A DNA stretch of 63,525 nucleotides, counting the filler, from Phoronis australis (taxonomy: Eukaryota; Animalia; Phoronida), in NCBI GenBank assembly GCA_002633005.1. It is 12 parts of 12 records of this genome, joined end to end, with 100 filler letters (N's around TTAATTAATTAA, not from the genome) between each part and the next. Parts side by side here need not be neighbours in the genome. Positions count along the whole stretch, not along the records: positions 12,587 to 18,206 come from NMRA01002299.1; positions 18,307 to 21,843 come from NMRA01002968.1; positions 21,944 to 28,629 come from NMRA01001459.1; 9 more parts are not named here. The stretch is one strand, 5' to 3'. Position 1 is the first letter of the stretch; each line of letters begins with the position of its first letter. Made by a program: the position numbers and the translations under genes. The notes beneath the pieces are model-generated. The model was not told the DNA's origin. It saw nothing but the letters and a program-made list of their open reading frames with translations, and made no database searches. Below, piece by piece: positions 12,884-23,291 of this stretch.

Positions 12884-13197
12884 ACTCTGGTTGATCCTGC
12901 CAGAGGTTACTGCTATCGGTATTCGACTAAGCCATGCGAGTTACATGTTCTTCGTGAACATAGCGAACTGCTCAGTAACACGTGGATAACCTGCCCTTAG
13001 GTTCGGCATAACTCCGGGAAACTGGAGATAATTCCGAATAAACCATTTATGCTGGAATGCTTTTTGGTTCAAAGACTTCGGTTGCCTAAGGATGGATCTG
13101 CGGTCTATCAGGTAGTAGTGGGTGTAAAGTACCTACTAGCCTACGACGGATATGGGTTGTGAGAGCAAGAGCCCAGAGATGGATTCTGAGACATGAA

Positions 13198-13229
<32 letters not shown>

Positions 13230-13323
13230 ACTTTACAATGCGGGAAACCGCGATAAGGGAATACCGAGTGCCAGCATATTATGTTGGCTGTCCACATGTG
13301 TAAACGGCATGTGTTAGCAAGGG

Positions 13324-13364
<41 letters not shown>

Positions 13365-13730
13365 CCCGAGTGGTAATCACTTTTATTGGGTCTAAAGGGT
13401 CCGTAGCCGGTTTGATCAGTTCTTCGGGAAATCTGACAGCTTAACTGTTAGGCTTCCGGGGAATACTGTCAGACTTGGGACCGGGAGAGGTAAGAGGTAC
13501 TACAGGGGTAGGAGTGAAATCTTGTAATCCCTGTGGGACCACCAGTGGCGAAGGCGTCTTACCAGAACGGGTCCGACGGTGAGGGACGAAAGCTGGGGGC
13601 ACGAACCGGATTAGATACCCGGGTAGTCCCAGCCGTAAACGATGTTCGCTAGGTGTCAGGGACGGTGCGACCGTTTCTGGTGCCGTAGGGAAGCCGTGAA
13701 GCGAACCACCTGGGAAGTACGGCCGCAAGG

Positions 13731-13761
<31 letters not shown>

Positions 13762-13891
13762 TACAACGGGTGGAGCCTGCGGTTTAATTGGACTCANACG
13801 CCGGAAAACTCACCGGGGGCGACAGCAAGATGTAGGTCAGGCTAAAGACCTTACCTGAATCGCTGAGAGGAGGTGCATGGCCGTCGTCAGT

Positions 13892-13938
<47 letters not shown>

Positions 13939-14020
13939 GCCCACTGTTGCCAGCATGTCCTTCGGGATGATGGGTACTCTGTGGGGACCGCTGGTGCTAA
14001 ACCAGAGGAAGGTGCGGGCT

Positions 14021-14075
<55 letters not shown>

Positions 14076-14195
14076 GGACAATGGGTTCCTACACCGAAAG
14101 GTGATGGTAATCTCCTAAACCCAGCCGTAGTTCGAATCGAGGACTGTAACTCGTCCTCGTGAAGCTGGAATCCGTAGTAATCGCGTTTCAACATA

Positions 14196-14255
<60 letters not shown>

Positions 14256-14298
14256 ATGGGTGAGGGCACGGATTTTGTGCCGTGTTCGAACCTAAATT

Positions 14299-14340
<42 letters not shown>

Positions 14341-14361
14341 TCTGCGGCTGGATCACCTCCT
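12884..14361 (+). rRNA. rrs: Archaeal 16S rRNA, Methanosarcinaceae-like
   Basis: CTGGTTGATCCTGCCAGAGG start, GTGCCAGCCGCCGCGGTAA, GGATTAGATACCC and GATCACCTCCT end. Contains CCCGAGTGAGGTATGGGTGAG, which I recall as the MS1414 probe target. Confidence 0.99.
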
Positions 14362-14470
14362 AAGCAAGATCCGCACAAGGCGGATCAACGCTATCAGTCA
14401 GAAATCGATAAACTGCCACTTTTAACAAACCACTCTAATGAAACCAAGATTTCGCTGGAAAAACGAGCGA

Positions 14471-14543
14471 GGGCTTGTAGATCAGTTGGAAGATCGTCGC
14501 CTTTGCAAGGCGAAGGCCCTGGGTTCGAATCCCAGCAAGTCCA
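14471..14543 (+). tRNA. tRNA-Ala(TGC) in the 16S-23S spacer
   Basis: Full cloverleaf, anticodon arm TCGCC-TTTGCAA-GGCGA, G3:U70, TTCGAAT T-loop. Confidence 0.98.
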
Positions 14544-14650
14544 TTGGATCATTACGATTCACAAATCATCAAGTGCACCGAGCAAGTAATGTTGCTTGGG
14601 AAGGATGGATGCGCCCAGTCCCCGATACTCGGGCGCTATGAGATCATGTA

Positions 14651-14691
14651 TATATTACATATCAGACGCTCACTGGACAAAGTGAGATGGA
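14651..14691 (+). other. 5' arm of the pre-23S processing stem (bulge-helix-bulge with 17613-17653)
   Basis: TATATTACATATCAGA-CGCT-CAC-TGGACAAAGTGAGATGGA pairs with TCCGTTTCGCTTTGTCCA-GGCG-AAA-TCTGATATGTAATATA. Confidence 0.9.
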
Positions 14692-14699
14692 CTCTGGTA

Positions 14700-16642
14700 A
14701 TTATGCCGTCAGGTGGATGGCTCGGCTCAAGCGCTGATGAAGGACGTGCCAAGCTGCGATAAGCTCAGGGTAGACGCATGGAATCTATGAACCTGAGATT
14801 TCCTAATGAGACCTCTTAACACATTTGTGTTGATCAGTAATGATCGGGAACGCCCCGAATTGAAACATCTTAGTAGGGGCAGGAAGAGAAATCGAAGAGA
14901 TGCCGTTAGTAATGGCGAATGAACACGGCACAGTTCAAACTGAATCCCTCCAGTAATGTGAGGGAGATGTGGTGTTGTAGGAACTTTCTAAAATTCCGAC
15001 TTTTTCTTAGCTGAACTTTTCTGGAACGTTAGACCGTAGAGTGTGAAAGTCACGTAAGCAAAGAAAAAAGGAATTGGAAATGTTCCTGAGTAGCGTGTGT
15101 TGGAAATCACGCGTGAATTTGGGAGGCACCAACTTCCAAAACTAAATACGTCTTGAGACCGATAGCGAAGTAGTAGGGTGACCGAAAACTGAAAAGTACC
15201 CCCAAAAGGGAGGTTAAAAGTGCCTGAAACCTGATGGTGATGGAGCGATATGGCATGAAAGGATCTTTAGTTCGAAGGAATCAACCGCGAGGTTGTAGTA
15301 CGAGTTCTAATGCCGATGTCATATCATACGTTTTGAAGAACGGGCCAGGGAGTGTAACTAAGTGGCGATGGCTAACCTTTTATCTGGGAAGCCGAAGCGA
15401 AAGCAACAAGCACGCAACCCCTCACGGGGTGAGGTGCGACGTATACAAGTGCGTGGAGTCACTAAGTTACGACCCGAAGCCGGGTGATCTAGGCGTGGGC
15501 AGGTTGAAGCGTGGCGAAAGCTACGTGGAGGACCGCAAGCGGTATTGATCTGCAAATCATTCGTGTGACCTGCGTCTCGGAGTGAAAGGCTAATCTAACC
15601 CGGCATCAGCTGGTTCCTTCCAAAACATGTCGTAGCATGACCTAACTGGAGATAGTCGGTGGAGTAGAGCACTGATTGGTGGTCCTGGGGGAGAAATTCC
15701 TCACCCGCTTGTCAAACTCCGAACCCACCGTCGTCGTAGAAGGTTGGAGTCCGGGCTACTGGGGTAAGCTTGTAGTCCGTAAGGGAGACAACCCAGCCCG
15801 TGGTTAAGGTCCCTAAGTGTCGACTAAGTGTTAATACTAAAGGGCGTCCTAAGCCCTAGACAGCTGGAAGGTTAGCTTAGAAGCAGCTATCCTTTAAAGA
15901 GTGCGTAACAGCCCACCAGTCGAGGTTTGGGGCCCCGAAAATGGACGGGGCTCAAGTCGACCACCGATACCACGGAGTACCGAAAGGTAATCTTGTAGGA
16001 AGGCGTTGCGTTTGGGTAGAAGCAGGGCTGTGAAGTCCTGTGGACCGAGCGGAAACGAAAATCCTGGTAATAGTAGCAGCATAGTCAGGTGAGAATCCTG
16101 ACCGCCGAAGGGGCTAGGTTTCCTCGGCAATGATCGTCAGCCGAGGGTTAGTCGGTCCTAAGTTGTACCGTAATTCGAGTACATCAAAAGGGAAACAGGT
16201 TAATATTCCTGTACCATTTAACAATAAAACTGACGTTTCGGGGCAGGCTGAGCGGCGCTGTCGCGCCGTCTAAGCATCGAACTCTGTGGAGAGCCGTAAT
16301 GGCGAGAAGCAGACGAATATGTAATGGCGAAAGTCAGCTTCACCCTGGAACCCGTGAAAAGGGAGTTAAATGTCCGTACCGAGATCTGACACAGGTGCCC
16401 CTAGCTGAAAAGGCTAAGGCGTGTCGGAATAATTTGGCTAAGGGAATTCGGCAAATTGGCTCCGTAACTTCGGGAGAAGGAGTGCCTGCCGTGTAGACGG
16501 CAGGTCGCAGTGACCAGAGAACTCTAACTGTCTAATATCAACATAGGAGATCGCAAACCCGTAAGGGCTAGTACGATCTCTGAATCCTGCTCAGTGCAGG
16601 TACCTGAAACTTCGGTTCAACGGAAAGAAGGGCCTGTAAACA

Positions 16643-16684
<42 letters not shown>

Positions 16685-17267
16685 TCGCTTAATTGGCGAC
16701 TTGCATGAATGGATCAATGAGAGTTCTACTGTCCCTAGCCAGAGTCCGGTGAAGCTTACATTCTAGTGCAGAGTCTAGAGACCTCTAGGGGGAAGTGAAG
16801 ACCCCGTGGAGCTTTACTGCAGCCTGTCGCTGGGGTGTGATTTTGGATGTACAGTGTAGGTAGGAGACATCGAAGCCGGTGCGCCAGCATCGGTGGAGTC
16901 GCAATTGGGACACTACCCTTCCAAAGTTACGCCCCTTACTCCGAGAGGAGGACCCCGATAGGTGGGCAGTTTGCCTGGGGCGGGACGCCCTTGAAAAGAT
17001 ATCAAGGGCGCGCAATGGTTAACTCAAGTGGGTCGGAAACCTACTGAAGAGTGCAAGAGCATAAGTTAGCCTGACGTGATTCAGCACAGTAGTGGATCAC
17101 GAGACGAAAGTCGGTTCTAGCGAACCTTTGTGTCCCGCTTGGTGCGGGCCAAAGATGACAGAAAAGTTACCCCGGGGATAATTGAGTCGTTGCCGGCAAG
17201 AGCACATATCGACCCGGCAGCTTGCTACCTCGATGTCGGTTCTTTCCATCCTGGCTGTGCAGCAGCA

Positions 17268-17340
<73 letters not shown>

Positions 17341-17610
17341 ACTATCTACTAGAGGTGTCTGTAGTCTGAGGGTAAGTTGCTTTTAGTACGAGAGGAACAG
17401 AGCAACGGCGCCACTGGTCGATCGGTTGTCCGACAGGGCACTGCCGAGCAGCTACGCGCTAAGGAATAAGAGCTGAATGCATCTAAGCTCGAAATCTGAC
17501 CTAAAAAGAGACTACTTTAAGGATTCCGGTAAAAGACCGGATTGATAGAGTCGGGATGTACGCACCAAGGCAACGAGGTGTTCAGTCCGCGGCCACTAAT
17601 TTCCGTGCCT
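14700..17610 (+). rRNA. rrl: Archaeal 23S rRNA (ends approximate)
   Basis: GGTGGATGGCTCGGCT, GAAACATCTTAGTA, CCTCGATGTCGG and sarcin-ricin loop AGTACGAGAGGAAC; ~2.9 kb with no sign of an intron. Confidence 0.98.
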
Positions 17611-17683
17611 CATCCGTTTCGCTTTGTCCAGGCGAAATCTGATATGTAATATAATTAACATGATCGTTTCCAGTATTAGAGAT

Positions 17684-17811
17684 GAGTATGGCGGCCATAG
17701 CGGCAGGGCCACTCCTGTTCCCTTTCCGAACACAGAAGATAAGCCTGCCCACGTTGCTTACTGTACTGAGGTACGAGAGTCCTCGGGAAATCTGCATCGC
17801 TGCTATGCTCA
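17684..17811 (+). rRNA. rrf: 5S rRNA (ends approximate)
   Basis: GGCGGCCATAGCGG...CCGAACACAGAAGATAAGCC; terminal stem GAGTATGGCGGC / GCTGCTATGCTC. Confidence 0.96.
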
Positions 17812-17812
17812 C

Positions 17813-17835
17813 TCTTTACCTTAACTTTTCTTTGA
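17813..17835 (+). terminator. Oligo-T tract after 5S
   Basis: TCTTTACCTTAACTTTTCTTT directly after 5S resembles an archaeal intrinsic terminator. Confidence 0.4.
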
Positions 17836-18026
17836 TCTGCTATGACCCATGAGTTGTACTTTTATCTTTTTCACCATTTCAATAGTTATTTCCTGAACCC
17901 CTCTTGAGCTTTGCTCAATGTGAGCATTGTGGAAGTCTTGATGTGATTAATAGTACAAGCATTAGCCTCCATTGTCGCAATGTAAAGGCTTATATGTTTG
18001 TATTACCTACTAGGATTCGTTCATAT

Positions 18027-18098
18027 GCCAAGGTGGCGGAGCGGCTACGCAATCGCCTGCAGAGCGATTCCATTCCGGTTCGAATCCGGACCTTGGCT
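18027..18098 (+). tRNA. tRNA-Cys(GCA)
   Basis: GCCAAGG/CCTTGGC acceptor stem, ATCGC-CTGCAGA-GCGAT arm, U73, G37; TATA-like AAGGCTTATAT about 35 nt upstream. Confidence 0.97.
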
Positions 18099-18799
18099 TA
18101 CATTAATTACTCCTTTTCTTTGAATTCTTCCTGATCAGCTAACTTTGGTTTTTGGTATGTAATATAGTGCATGATCACAAGTTTGCATAGAGAAATTACT
18201 ATGCTGNNNNNNNNNNNNNNNNNNNNNNNNNNNNNNNNNNNNNNNNNNNNTTAATTAATTAANNNNNNNNNNNNNNNNNNNNNNNNNNNNNNNNNNNNNN
18301 NNNNNNTCTAGTAATTGGCTGTGAAACTCTGTTAGAACAGAAAGTGAGAGCGACCGTCATATTTATGCTAAACAGAGGGTAAAGAAACGATTCTTGGATG
18401 AGCACATCATGAAAACACCTTTTGGGGTGCTCATATTGCCATGCTCATATGAAGAATTTTTTACATACGTGAGGGCAAGACTAGAGTGTAAATCACCACG
18501 AAACATTACAATGATACAAACTGTAATGTTTCTTGGAGATTTAGTCTTGCTCTTAGAAGGATTAACAAATATACCAGGAGTTTGAGCAAGTGTCGATTAC
18601 AGCTGTAAATAGACACTACTGTTGTAAATTTACCAAATTCTGCTTACAAGAAGGGTGGTAAATATCACACATTTTGAGGACCACTGAATAACTGACAACA
18701 AACTGGTTCTCAAAGTGACTATTGCATGGAGGGCTGTGGCTGCTGCCAAACACTGTCAGATATATCTTATGTAAATTTTAAGCTGGCACAGAAATACAG

Positions 18800-19800
18800 A
18801 TCACAAACATTTTAAGTCTGGTCTGCATGCCACCTATTGGCCACATCACATGACCTAATGAACATTAGTTTGAAAAGACTTCTGCCCTTAACCGGGACTC
18901 GACCCCAGGATTTTATGGGTAGGATACCAACTGCTAAATCTGATTGGATTTCTCTGTTTGACCGGTGGTCCCGATGGCTCAGTGGCAAGAGCATCTGCAT
19001 TGCCACTACGGGACACCACAGTAGTCGTACCAGTCAGAAAATCAATGTCAGTCCTGTTGTTGACAACAGAAAAACTGCCAAGTTTCTTAATAATGAACAG
19101 TTTGGAAGATGAAGGGATAGATGAAGATGCTGGCATCAAAAAATCAAAAATAATAAAATTGTTCGAAAGGTGGAACATACTCCTACACTGCCCAAAAATG
19201 GAAAGCTGATGTTATCTCTTTAATAGAAACCTATTCGGTAAATTTCTTGAAGATTTCCGAAGGTATGAAAGCAAAGATAAAAACTAAAATACCACTAGGA
19301 GAAACAACAGTAGTAATATCTGCGTGAAAGTCGTCGTCATTCATTGTCAAGCTCATCGAAAAACGTTTGCCAAATTTCACAAAGATCCCACAAGCGGTTA
19401 AGGAGATGCAGATCCAAAAACAAAATTGCCACTAGGGTGCACCACAGTAGTCACACCATCTGAAAATCAATGTCAGCCAAGGTCTTCACAGCAGGAACAC
19501 AGCCAATATTCATATTGATCTTTTGATTGGTTTGGCAGACTAGAGAGCCAGATACCGAGACCACCACAAATCCATCGAAAAATGGGAAGGCATAGTCATC
19601 TCTTAAGTAGATGCCTGTTTGCCAAATTTCACAAAATTCTATCAAACAACTCCAGAAAAAAAGATGCAAGCTAGATAATTATTAACCAAATTGCCACTAG
19701 GGGCACAGCGGTAGTCGGATCCGTCCAGAGCTCGTCGTCACCTTCCTCAGTTTCATAAAACACAAATCTCATTAAGATTCTGCAAGGTGATTAGGAGACA
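18800..19800 (+). repeat. Degenerate ~135-150 bp satellite array (GCCACTAGGG..CACCACAGTAG family)
   Basis: Core recurs at ~19001, 19290, 19427 and 19692, with GCCAAATTTCA between cores. Confidence 0.65.
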
Positions 19801-19960
19801 CAGCAGTGTATGGCCCTAACTAAAGCAGCTATAAACACATGTTTCAGCCAAGAATCAAACTTTAATTCAGACCACTTACAACAATAAAATTTGTCTCAAA
19901 TTGTTCTTTACCCAGAAGAGAGGCGACTTCATGGTTTGCCAAGAACTGACAGCTCATTAC

Positions 19961-20035
19961 TAATGCCTCTTGGCGCTTTCTGGGTTATATATATTCATTG
20001 TATTAAAGATTTCGTCATAAAGATTAAAAAAAAAT
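19961..20035 (+). repeat. Dispersed repeat terminus shared with 54001-54075
   Basis: TAATGCCTCTTGGCGCTTTCTGGGTTAT...TATTCATTGTATT.AAGATTTCGT occurs in two contigs. Confidence 0.85.
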
Positions 20036-20295
20036 TCTTATATTCCTAAAGACCGTGCCCAGCACATAAAATGGCTCATCCAAGAACAAACGGACAGTTC
20101 TTTCATCACCTTCAATAGGACCGTCTCGGATTACATTGCGACACTCGAATCTCGCTGTATTTACCCACAATGCCACAAATATCCGTCAAGCACGTTTGCT
20201 GCCTCGTTTTTGCTTCCGTAGTCTGATTCTTTGCAAGTTTTTCTCGGCGGCATTTCTCTATTCATCCTTCCAATGCTGACAAAATATTACAGCTT

Positions 20296-20455
20296 TGCTG
20301 TGCTGCGGGCTGCAACTCTGATGTGAGAAAGTTTGATATACTAGACAAATACTCGTGGATGCGTGACGTGAAGTTCTTCACCTTCCCGACATCAATAAGA
20401 GACAAGAAAATAGAAGCGAGTGGGTAAAACAAGTTTGTCGGGTTAATTCTGAACA
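20296..20455 (+). pseudogene. Frameshifted THAP zinc-finger remnant, probably transposon-derived
   Basis: Hand translation: CCAAGCNSD...VKFFTFPT, then after a frameshift RSEWVKQVCR. The second C/H pair is not seen. Confidence 0.55.
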
Positions 20456-20905
20456 GAACAGAATCCCTTTCTTGAAGACAACTGTTCAAATCAGGTACTT
20501 TTGAATGGCTGAAATCGCAAATATTTCCACATCCCCTTACACGATCTGCGAAAATGTACTTGATTTCCAAAATGAGGTGACGCGCTTTTTGATCTCCATG
20601 ACAAAGGAGAGTTCTATCGCCGTGTGATCCATGACAGCTCTATTTGACAAACGTTGGTTTGTGTAATGGAAGGCGGGTTCATAGCCATTTTAAATTTCGA
20701 TTTCAATTAAAAATCAATTACTCAAAAGTTGCACTCATTTGGTAACCCCATCAGCAGCCTTTTTGCAAATATCTTAATGCATGAAGAAATAAGGAAACAG
20801 GAATTTGTTCAGTGTAGCCAAGTCCAAATATGCTAGTTGAAGCTTATGAAGTCACAGGCACAAATAACAGAGAATGCATGCCTGTGAAGACAAATTACGC
20901 GTTAC

Positions 20906-20995
20906 CTGGCTTCTCAGTGTACTGTAGTACCATCATTAGTACAGCCGCCACAGAGTCTGAAGCAGTAGTGGCTGCCTCGTCAATTCCAGGGTGAC
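20906..20995 (-). CDS. Isolated 90-nt phase-1 exon of an unidentified gene
   Basis: tttacctgcag|G...CCAG|gtaac; the only open frame reads HPGIDEAATTASDSVAAVLMMVLQYTEKP. Confidence 0.6.
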
Positions 20996-21207
20996 CTGCA
21001 GGTAAATAGGCTGACAATGCATAAATGATGGACAGAGACTTGCAGGTAAACAGGCTGATAATGCATAGATGAGGGACAGAGACCTGCAGGTAAATAGATG
21101 ATTATGCATAGATCAGGGACAGAGACCTGCAGGTAAATAGGCTGATAATGCATAGATGAGGGACAGAGACCTGCAGGTAAATAGGCTGATAATGCATAAA
21201 TGAGGGA
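20993..21207. repeat. 44-bp minisatellite, ~5 copies
   Basis: GACCTGCAGGTAAATAGGCTGATAATGCATAGATGAGGGACAGA at 20993, 21037, 21081, 21125 and 21169. Confidence 0.95.
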
Positions 21208-21390
21208 AGTCCTTCAGGGAACATAAGTGGGGAAGTCCCACAGGTGAAAAAGGTAGATAATGAATAAGGATATACAAATGAAGAAACATGTCTGCTAGGG
21301 AGTTCAAACAGGTACCCAAGAAGCCACACACAAGCCATGTAACTGGGGCGGAATTAGTTATGGCCGTCAGCCACGAGACATTTATAGGAT

Positions 21391-21503
21391 AGAACTAGTG
21401 AGTATTCAGAATACTTTATTCTCTTGCAATTCAAACTATGTGTTCAAAGAACTAGTGAGTATTCAGAATACTTTTTCTCTTGCAATTCAAACTATGTGTT
21501 CAA
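21391..21503. repeat. 57-bp tandem duplication
   Basis: AGAACTAGTGAGTATTCAGAATAC...TATGTGTTCAA occurs twice. Confidence 0.95.
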
Positions 21504-21943
21504 CACCGCTCAGTGCCCGCCATTCCGCTAGTGTAGACCAGTTAAGTTGTGAGACTAATCAATAAACCCGAGTAGGGCCATGCATCATCTCACCACACTC
21601 GCAAGACACTGGATTGACTGAGCGCACACTGTCTACAGGCTACCCAAACAACACAGTTGTCATACTCATTAACATCACTTACAAACATGGCTCAATTGGC
21701 CGATACTCAGTTCACATTACTCACTAACACAGCTGAACTACTGCAAAACACGCTGCTAGATGCACAAACACGATTCACTCATTGGCAACAGTGTACAGAC
21801 CATGGAATATACACATCATGTTTGTGAGTTTCAGCATGACTTTNNNNNNNNNNNNNNNNNNNNNNNNNNNNNNNNNNNNNNNNNNNNTTAATTAATTAAN
21901 NNNNNNNNNNNNNNNNNNNNNNNNNNNNNNNNNNNNNNNNNNN

Positions 21944-23291
21944 CGCCCCTGTATATCGTTTTTTTTCCACTTCCTCGAGAGTCCGAAATGCTTAGAACGT
22001 GGGTTGTGGTAGTGAAGAATGAAAAGTACACTGTAAATAGCAAGTATGAGGCCGTGAAACATCTCCGTGTCTGTGGCCAGCAGTCGTCGACAGTGGCCTG
22101 ACGAATGCCGGCTTACCAAATAACTATCCATACGTTCCGTTGTCTGAGCTTGTTCACGGCTCCTGTTTATCACTGTATTTCTGTTCGAATTGATAGCCTG
22201 TGAAACTTAACGATCCACCTGCGAAATCTTTGTCGGGTTCGACTGATGAGCTCTCGTCTAAGTCACAAGGGATTGCCGTTGCCATGTTGATGTTTGTTAC
22301 TGAGCGTTCTGTTTCAAAATGAATTATTCTCACCCTAACCAATGCGTATATTGACGGGACACCGAGACCGTGTGAGCTCATGCTAATTTAAGTGTTTTCT
22401 GGCAAAACTGTTGTGAAACAACTCAGTCGATTTCCATCCCACGGCCTGGTCTAGGGGAGTCTTTATTTACATTTACATTATTAGAATAATGCGATTGTCA
22501 ATGTACAACCTCTGCCTTGACGGTGCTCTGGCAAAAGCGGAGCCTGAATTCGCGGCCCCCGACGAGTAAGTAGATTTTGCAGTTTCATGCATAATTCACC
22601 AACATAATCACGTGCACATTACTTTGGTTCACTAGTATAGTATTTTCTTGACTGGAAGTTTAGTTTCCAACTTTCGCTGGTTTATGTTCATGATGTCTTA
22701 TCAGTTTCCGAACCACTGACCGGCCGGGTAACGAGGAGTCAATCCGGCCAGCCGGCCGCTGCGACGAGCCTGATTGGGCTCCAAGCCACTGGCCAGGATA
22801 ACAGGCGTTTTGTGTGTTTAGAACTAAAAAAATTACAAGTCTAAACAACACAGATATAGGTTGTCCTGTCTGTATCTCACGGAAAATACTTCGAATTTAT
22901 CTCCGAACAGACCCCAAACTAATGCTACGGACCATGATATTGGCCTGCCGAACTTTGTAGGCTACGGTGTGTCCAAAAACCAATAAATCCGTAACAGCGA
23001 AATAAAACAACACGTTTTTATAAGAACTCGGTGTATTTTTAAGGGTTTCATATCGAAGTTTGATGATTTATTGGTGTTAAACGATGAATTCAAGTGAGTA
23101 AGCTGACACCAGTAATCGGTGTTGTAAACTGCTGAACAGACTGCGTGTGAAACCAATTACGTCATTGGATAATTTCAACACCTCCGTCTGCCGTCAGGTG
23201 TCAAGTAACCCAACCGTACTTGGTGTTATGGAGTAAAATTACTCGATCTAATTTGATGCAAATTAGGCTGTTTTTTGGGTGGCATTCTCCT
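21944..23291 (-). mobile_element. Probable Kolobok-type DNA transposon fragment
   Basis: Minus-strand terminus TTAA|AGGAGAATGCCACCC at 23291; decayed ORF with GYQFEQ...ERM...SGHCRRLLATDTE, resembling the P2X7 C-terminal-like accessory protein. Confidence 0.45.

Noticed and set aside
13797-13797. Insertion in a conserved 16S helix
   Set aside because: It is a single N scaffold mark, like those at 10264, 53318 and 59640.
13441-18134. ORFs listed within the rRNA operon
   Set aside because: They are shadow ORFs over rRNA and tRNA genes.
12487-18306. Horizontal transfer of an archaeal rRNA operon into an animal chromosome
   Set aside because: The contig is bounded by artificial linkers on both sides and is archaeal-looking throughout, so there is no physical linkage.
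18965-18997. tRNA gene (GGTCCCGATGGCTCAGTGG)
   Set aside because: Only an A-box-like 5' piece is present, with no T arm; at most a truncated SINE head.
20993-21207. CRISPR array (also considered for 47562-47631 and 30947-31129)
   Set aside because: Units are contiguous with no unique spacers, there are no cas genes, and the context is eukaryotic.
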